Positions 35,730 through 38,521 of a stretch of DNA of 38,521 bases are shown in pieces. Each line of letters opens with the position of its first letter. Position 1 is the stretch's first letter. The DNA comes from Eubacteriales bacterium. GTDB taxonomy: Bacteria; Bacillota; Clostridia; Oscillospirales; CAG-272. The position numbers and the translations under genes are program-made. Under the pieces are notes generated by a model that saw nothing but the letters and a program-made list of their open reading frames with translations, was not told where the DNA came from and did not search any database. The stretch covers positions 1-38,521 of the forward strand of contig JAZSGD010000137.1 in the NCBI GenBank assembly GCA_045532555.1. The letters are read 5' to 3'.

Positions 35730-37460
35730 ATGGCAGACATTAAAACAAGGGATGTTGTAAAAGGAACGGTCAAGACCCTTGACCGTTCCGCCGTTGCGAC
35801 CGAGCGTATGAAGTCTGCCACCGTCAGAACCAAGGATGCCGCCGAGCAGAGCGTAAACGGCAATGAGGTCAGCGCACAGGAATACGGAGCCAACCGTGTA
35901 GAATCGGCGGTAGAAATTGCTACCGCCGAGGGCGTTCACCAATTTAACAAACGAGGTAAAAACGGTATTCGTGATGCCAAGTGCAATGTAGAAAAGGTCA
36001 AAGAGAATTATAATAAGCTCAAAGACCTGAAAAAGACCAACAAGCCGAAAAAAGCGGCAAGCAAAACTGCAAAGGCGGCAAAGAACACCACTCAGCAGAC
36101 GGCAAAGACGGTCAAGGCTACGGGCAAAGGCACGGTCAAAACCGCACAAGCCGCAGGTAAAGGTACGGTCAAGACGGCTCAGAATACCGTCAAGACCGCA
36201 AAAGCCACAGGCAAAGTTGCTGTTAAAACGGCGCAGACAACCGCAAAGGCGGCAAAGGTTACTGCCCAAGCCACGGCAAAAGCCGCAAAAGCGGCGGCGG
36301 CTGCGGCGAAAGCGGCAGTTAAAGCAACCATCGTTGCTATCAAGGTTGCGGTCAAAGCCATTGTTGCCGCTGTGAAGTTGGCAATAGCGGCTGTTAAGGC
36401 AATAGCCGCCGCTATTGCTGCAGGTGGTTGGGTTGCGGTGGTCGTTATCATTGTTATATGCTTGATTGCCCTTATCGTCGGCTCTTGCTTTGGGATCTTC
36501 TTTTCAAACGAGGACACGGGTAGCGGTCAGACAATGCAGGCGGTGGTGCAGGAAATCAATACCGACTACCAAACTCAAATCGAAACCACAAAGAATAACA
36601 TTGCCTACGATGTGTTGGAAATGTCCGGCTCCCGTGCGGTATGGGCAGAGGTGTTGTCGGTATATGCGGTAAAAACCACCACCGACCCCGACAATGCCCA
36701 AGAGGTTGCTACGATGGATGACTCTAAAAAAGCAATCCTAAAGGATATATTTTGGCAGATGAATGCCATATCCTCCCGCACCGAAACCAAGACCGAAACG
36801 GTGATAACCGAAACCGATGACGGACACGGGAACATTGTGCAGACCGAAACGACGGTGACACGCACCTATCTTTATATTACCGTGACCCATAAGACCGCCG
36901 ATGAAATGGCAACGCAGTTTGGGTTTAACGCCGACCAAAAGAAGCAGCTTAATGAGTTGCTTTCCGAGGATAACAAATCCTTATGGGCGGCGGTGCTCTA
37001 TGGCATCAGTACAAGCGATACGCAAATCGTATCCGTGGCTCTTTCCCAAATCGGTGAAGTGGGCGGTCAGCCGTATTGGAGTTGGTATGGCTTCGGCTCC
37101 CGTGTAGAGTGGTGTGCTTGCTTTGTTTCTTGGTGCGCCAACGAGTGTGGATATATTGATGACGGTATCATTCCCAAATACGCAGGATGCGTAAACGGTG
37201 TGGATTGGTTCAAAGACCGTGGTCAATGGCTTGACGGTTCTGCCGAGCCGGTGGCAGGTATGATTATCTTCTTCGATTGGGACTCTCCCGATGGTACGTC
37301 GGGTCCGCAGGACGGACTTTCCGACCATACGGGTATCGTTCAGAAAGTGGAAAACGGAAAGGTCTATACCGTAGAGGGTAATTCTGGTGATAGTGTTCGC
37401 ACAAGAGAATACGCCATCGGACATTATGAAATCCTCGGTTACGGCGTTCCCGCATATTAA
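35730..37460 (+). CDS. membrane-anchored conjugative cell-wall hydrolase with a C-terminal CHAP domain
   Basis: A/K/T-rich repeats (GKGTVKTAQ three times), a TM helix, then the CHAP pattern [18 protein letters not shown] ... AGMIIFFDW....[22 protein letters not shown]. Confidence 0.85.
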   Translation: MADIKTRDVVKGTVKTLDRSAVATERMKSATVRTKDAAEQSVNGNEVSAQEYGANRVESAVEIATAEGVHQFNKRGKNGIRDAKCNVEKVKENYNKLKDLKKTNKPKKAASKTAKAAKNTTQQTAKTVKATGKGTVKTAQAAGKGTVKTAQNTVKTAKATGKVAVKTAQTTAKAAKVTAQATAKAAKAAAAAAKAAVKATIVAIKVAVKAIVAAVKLAIAAVKAIAAAIAAGGWVAVVVIIVICLIALIVGSCFGIFFSNEDTGSGQTMQAVVQEINTDYQTQIETTKNNIAYDVLEMSGSRAVWAEVLSVYAVKTTTDPDNAQEVATMDDSKKAILKDIFWQMNAISSRTETKTETVITETDDGHGNIVQTETTVTRTYLYITVTHKTADEMATQFGFNADQKKQLNELLSEDNKSLWAAVLYGISTSDTQIVSVALSQIGEVGGQPYWSWYGFGSRVEWCACFVSWCANECGYIDDGIIPKYAGCVNGVDWFKDRGQWLDGSAEPVAGMIIFFDWDSPDGTSGPQDGLSDHTGIVQKVENGKVYTVEGNSGDSVRTREYAIGHYEILGYGVPAY

Positions 37461-37462
37461 AA

Positions 37463-37490
37463 AAGATGCCGCCCTCACGGGTGGCATCTT
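37463..37490. terminator. bidirectional rho-independent terminator between convergent genes
   Basis: AAGATGCCGCCC-TCAC-GGGTGGCATCTT forms a 12-bp stem with one G-U pair. It is flanked by an A run on the left and TTTGGGTT on the right. Confidence 0.7.
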
Positions 37491-37502
37491 TGGGTTACAT
37501 AT

Positions 37503-37814
37503 TTACTTGTTGGTCAAGCCTTTTACGAGATTGGCGATATTCTCAAGCTGAGCGTCATCTAACTTTTTAAGGTCACTAATAATTGCATCGAGCTTGGTGG
37601 GATTTTTGGTATCGAGATCGAAAAACTCGCTTACCGAAATTCCCAAGTAATCGCAGATATAGAATACACCCGGTAAGGATGGCAAAGACTTTCCCGACTC
37701 AATATTGTTAATATAGCCGGGGTTCTGTCCAATCGCTAAACTCATTTCCCGTGCGGATACATTTTTCTTTTCTCGCAGTTGTGCCAACCGCAAAGCAAAA
37801 TCCTTTTCGTCCAT
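37503..37814 (-). CDS. XRE-family helix-turn-helix transcriptional regulator
   Basis: LAQLREKKNVSAREMSLAIGQNPGYINNIESGKSLPSLPGVFYICDYLGISVSEFF. It is the only convincing minus-strand gene in the window. Confidence 0.85.
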   Translation of the reverse strand: MDEKDFALRLAQLREKKNVSAREMSLAIGQNPGYINNIESGKSLPSLPGVFYICDYLGISVSEFFDLDTKNPTKLDAIISDLKKLDDAQLENIANLVKGLTNK

Positions 37815-37885
37815 AATCTCACCGCCTTTGTTATATTGTAACCCATACGGGCGGTAAAACTATTGGATGTCAGACGGCAAAGGTG

Positions 37886-37914
37886 TTGCAATATGGGTTT
37901 ATATATGTTATAAT
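37886..37914 (+). promoter_or_regulatory. sigma-A-type promoter with an extended -10
   Basis: TTGCAA (37886-37891), a 17-nt spacer, then TGT-TATAAT (37906-37914). It faces the 38127 gene and is divergent from the XRE gene. Confidence 0.6.
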
Positions 37915-38078
37915 AGCAAAAATAACGGAAACAAACCTATAACCGATCCCGAATGACCGCTATACACACATATTTTTCGGTGTCCGCCTTGCGGTGAGGT
38001 ATATCCAATCCCTTTGCGGTGTAAGTCCGTTGGTTCCGATGGAACTGATTAAAGAGATAGCCGAGTCATTGCAGGATA

Positions 38079-38114
38079 ACCCATCGGACGTATCGGTTCG
38101 GTGGGTATTTTTTT
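38079..38114 (+). terminator. intrinsic terminator inside the 5-prime leader (attenuator) just before the SD of the 38127 gene
   Basis: ACCCATCGGAC (38079-38089) pairs with GTTCGGTGGGT (38096-38106), approx 11 bp with G-U pairs. A T7 run (38108-38114) follows, then AGGAG and ATG 38127. Confidence 0.55.
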
Positions 38115-38126
38115 AGGAGTGGTGTG

Positions 38127-38521
38127 ATGCTTGATATTTACACGGTGGCATTCTTCGGACACCGATATATTGATAACCCGTTTAGGATAGAGGAACGGCT
38201 GGATGAAGAAATCCGCCGTCTGCTTTCGGAACACGAATACGTAGACTTCCTCGTAGGGCGTGACGGTGAGTTCGATCAGTTTGCATCCTCCGCCGTGCTT
38301 CGAGTCAGAAAGCAATATAGAGATGACAACAGTTCCCTCATTCTTGTGTTGCCGTATGCGAGAGCCGAGTATCTGAATAACGAGGAATCCTATCACGACT
38401 ATTACAGCGATGTGGAAATTTCCTATGCCGCATCGGTGGCTCACCCAAAAGCCGCCATCCAAATCCGAAATCGTGAAATGGTTGACCGAGCCGACCTTAT
38501 TCTCTGTTGTATTGAGCGAGA
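38127..38521 (+). CDS. SLOG/DUF1273-like protein (3-prime end beyond the window)
   Basis: Not in the ORF track because no stop falls within the window. AGGAG (38115-38119) lies upstream. The product starts MLDIYTVAFFGHRYIDNPFRIEERLDEEIRRLLSEHEYVDFLVGRDGEFDQFASSAVLRV...LILVLPYARAEY...IRNREMVDRADLILCC. The frame is open to base 38521. Confidence 0.6.
   Translation, partial: MLDIYTVAFFGHRYIDNPFRIEERLDEEIRRLLSEHEYVDFLVGRDGEFDQFASSAVLRVRKQYRDDNSSLILVLPYARAEYLNNEESYHDYYSDVEISYAASVAHPKAAIQIRNREMVDRADLILCCIER

Larger units (their letters stand above)
2435..38521. mobile_element. integrative conjugative element / conjugative transposon (Clostridia-type, Gram-positive T4SS); left end near 2435, right end beyond the window
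   Basis: A contiguous set of partition, relaxosome, coupling-protein, VirB4, VirB6-like, PrgI, Maff2, CHAP hydrolase and polyvalent methylase-helicase genes. The host toxin tip is truncated at the left boundary. GC content steps up by eye (sampled 60-mers: approx 38-45 percent left of the junction, approx 48-58 percent inside). No recombinase gene lies in this window. Confidence 0.8.

Noticed and set aside
23396-36269. Other long antisense ORFs (23396-24082, 26845-27636, 29231-29839, 33465-34232, 35035-35583, 35619-36269)
   Set aside because: Each is antisense to a plus-strand gene with strong family motifs (Toprim, PcfB, VirD4, VirB4, CHAP). None has a recognisable domain or ribosome-binding site.
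36040-36440. The A/K-rich tract as a diversity-generating retroelement target or a phase-variable repeat
   Set aside because: No template-repeat copy, reverse transcriptase gene or homopolymeric slippage tract was found in the window.
38049-38462. A 137-aa minus-strand ORF at the right edge
   Set aside because: It is antisense to a plus-strand frame that has an SD and an ATG at 38127, a SLOG/DUF1273-like translation, and stays open to the window end.

Overview
This window is the junction between a low-GC chromosomal RHS/YD polymorphic-toxin locus and a higher-GC Firmicutes/Clostridia-type integrative conjugative element (ICE). Bases 1-2434 hold the 3-prime end of an RHS toxin, an abutting putative immunity gene, and a promoterless orphan toxin tip. 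The orphan tip shares a 259-bp recombination repeat with the main gene. The ICE begins near 2435, where it truncates the orphan GHH-type nuclease tip, and runs off the right edge of the window. Almost all of its genes are on the plus strand, with strong Shine-Dalgarno sites and many stop/start overlaps. Modules in order: a repeat-rich terminal region and a tandem-HTH protein; parA/parB-like partition genes; a CAP-domain lipoprotein; a 1547-aa sortase-anchored Cna-B-repeat surface protein with an N-terminal cysteine-peptidase domain; five coupled unknown ORFs; a 2959-aa polyvalent protein (ArdC-N-like, MutS-I-like, N6-adenine methyltransferase, SNF2-type helicase); a DUF3991/Toprim protein; a candidate oriT, mobC and relaxase; PcfB, an ArdC-like protein and a VirD4-type coupling protein; Maff2/VirB2-like, VirB6-like, PrgI/VirB3-like and VirB4 ATPase genes; a CHAP hydrolase; then a minus-strand XRE regulator facing a promoter, an attenuator-like leader and a partial SLOG/DUF1273-like gene. 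The most unusual observation is a complete TnpV-like gene with its own SD, nested out of frame inside the disordered linker of the giant polyvalent ORF. All family calls are motif recognition by eye. No searches were run.
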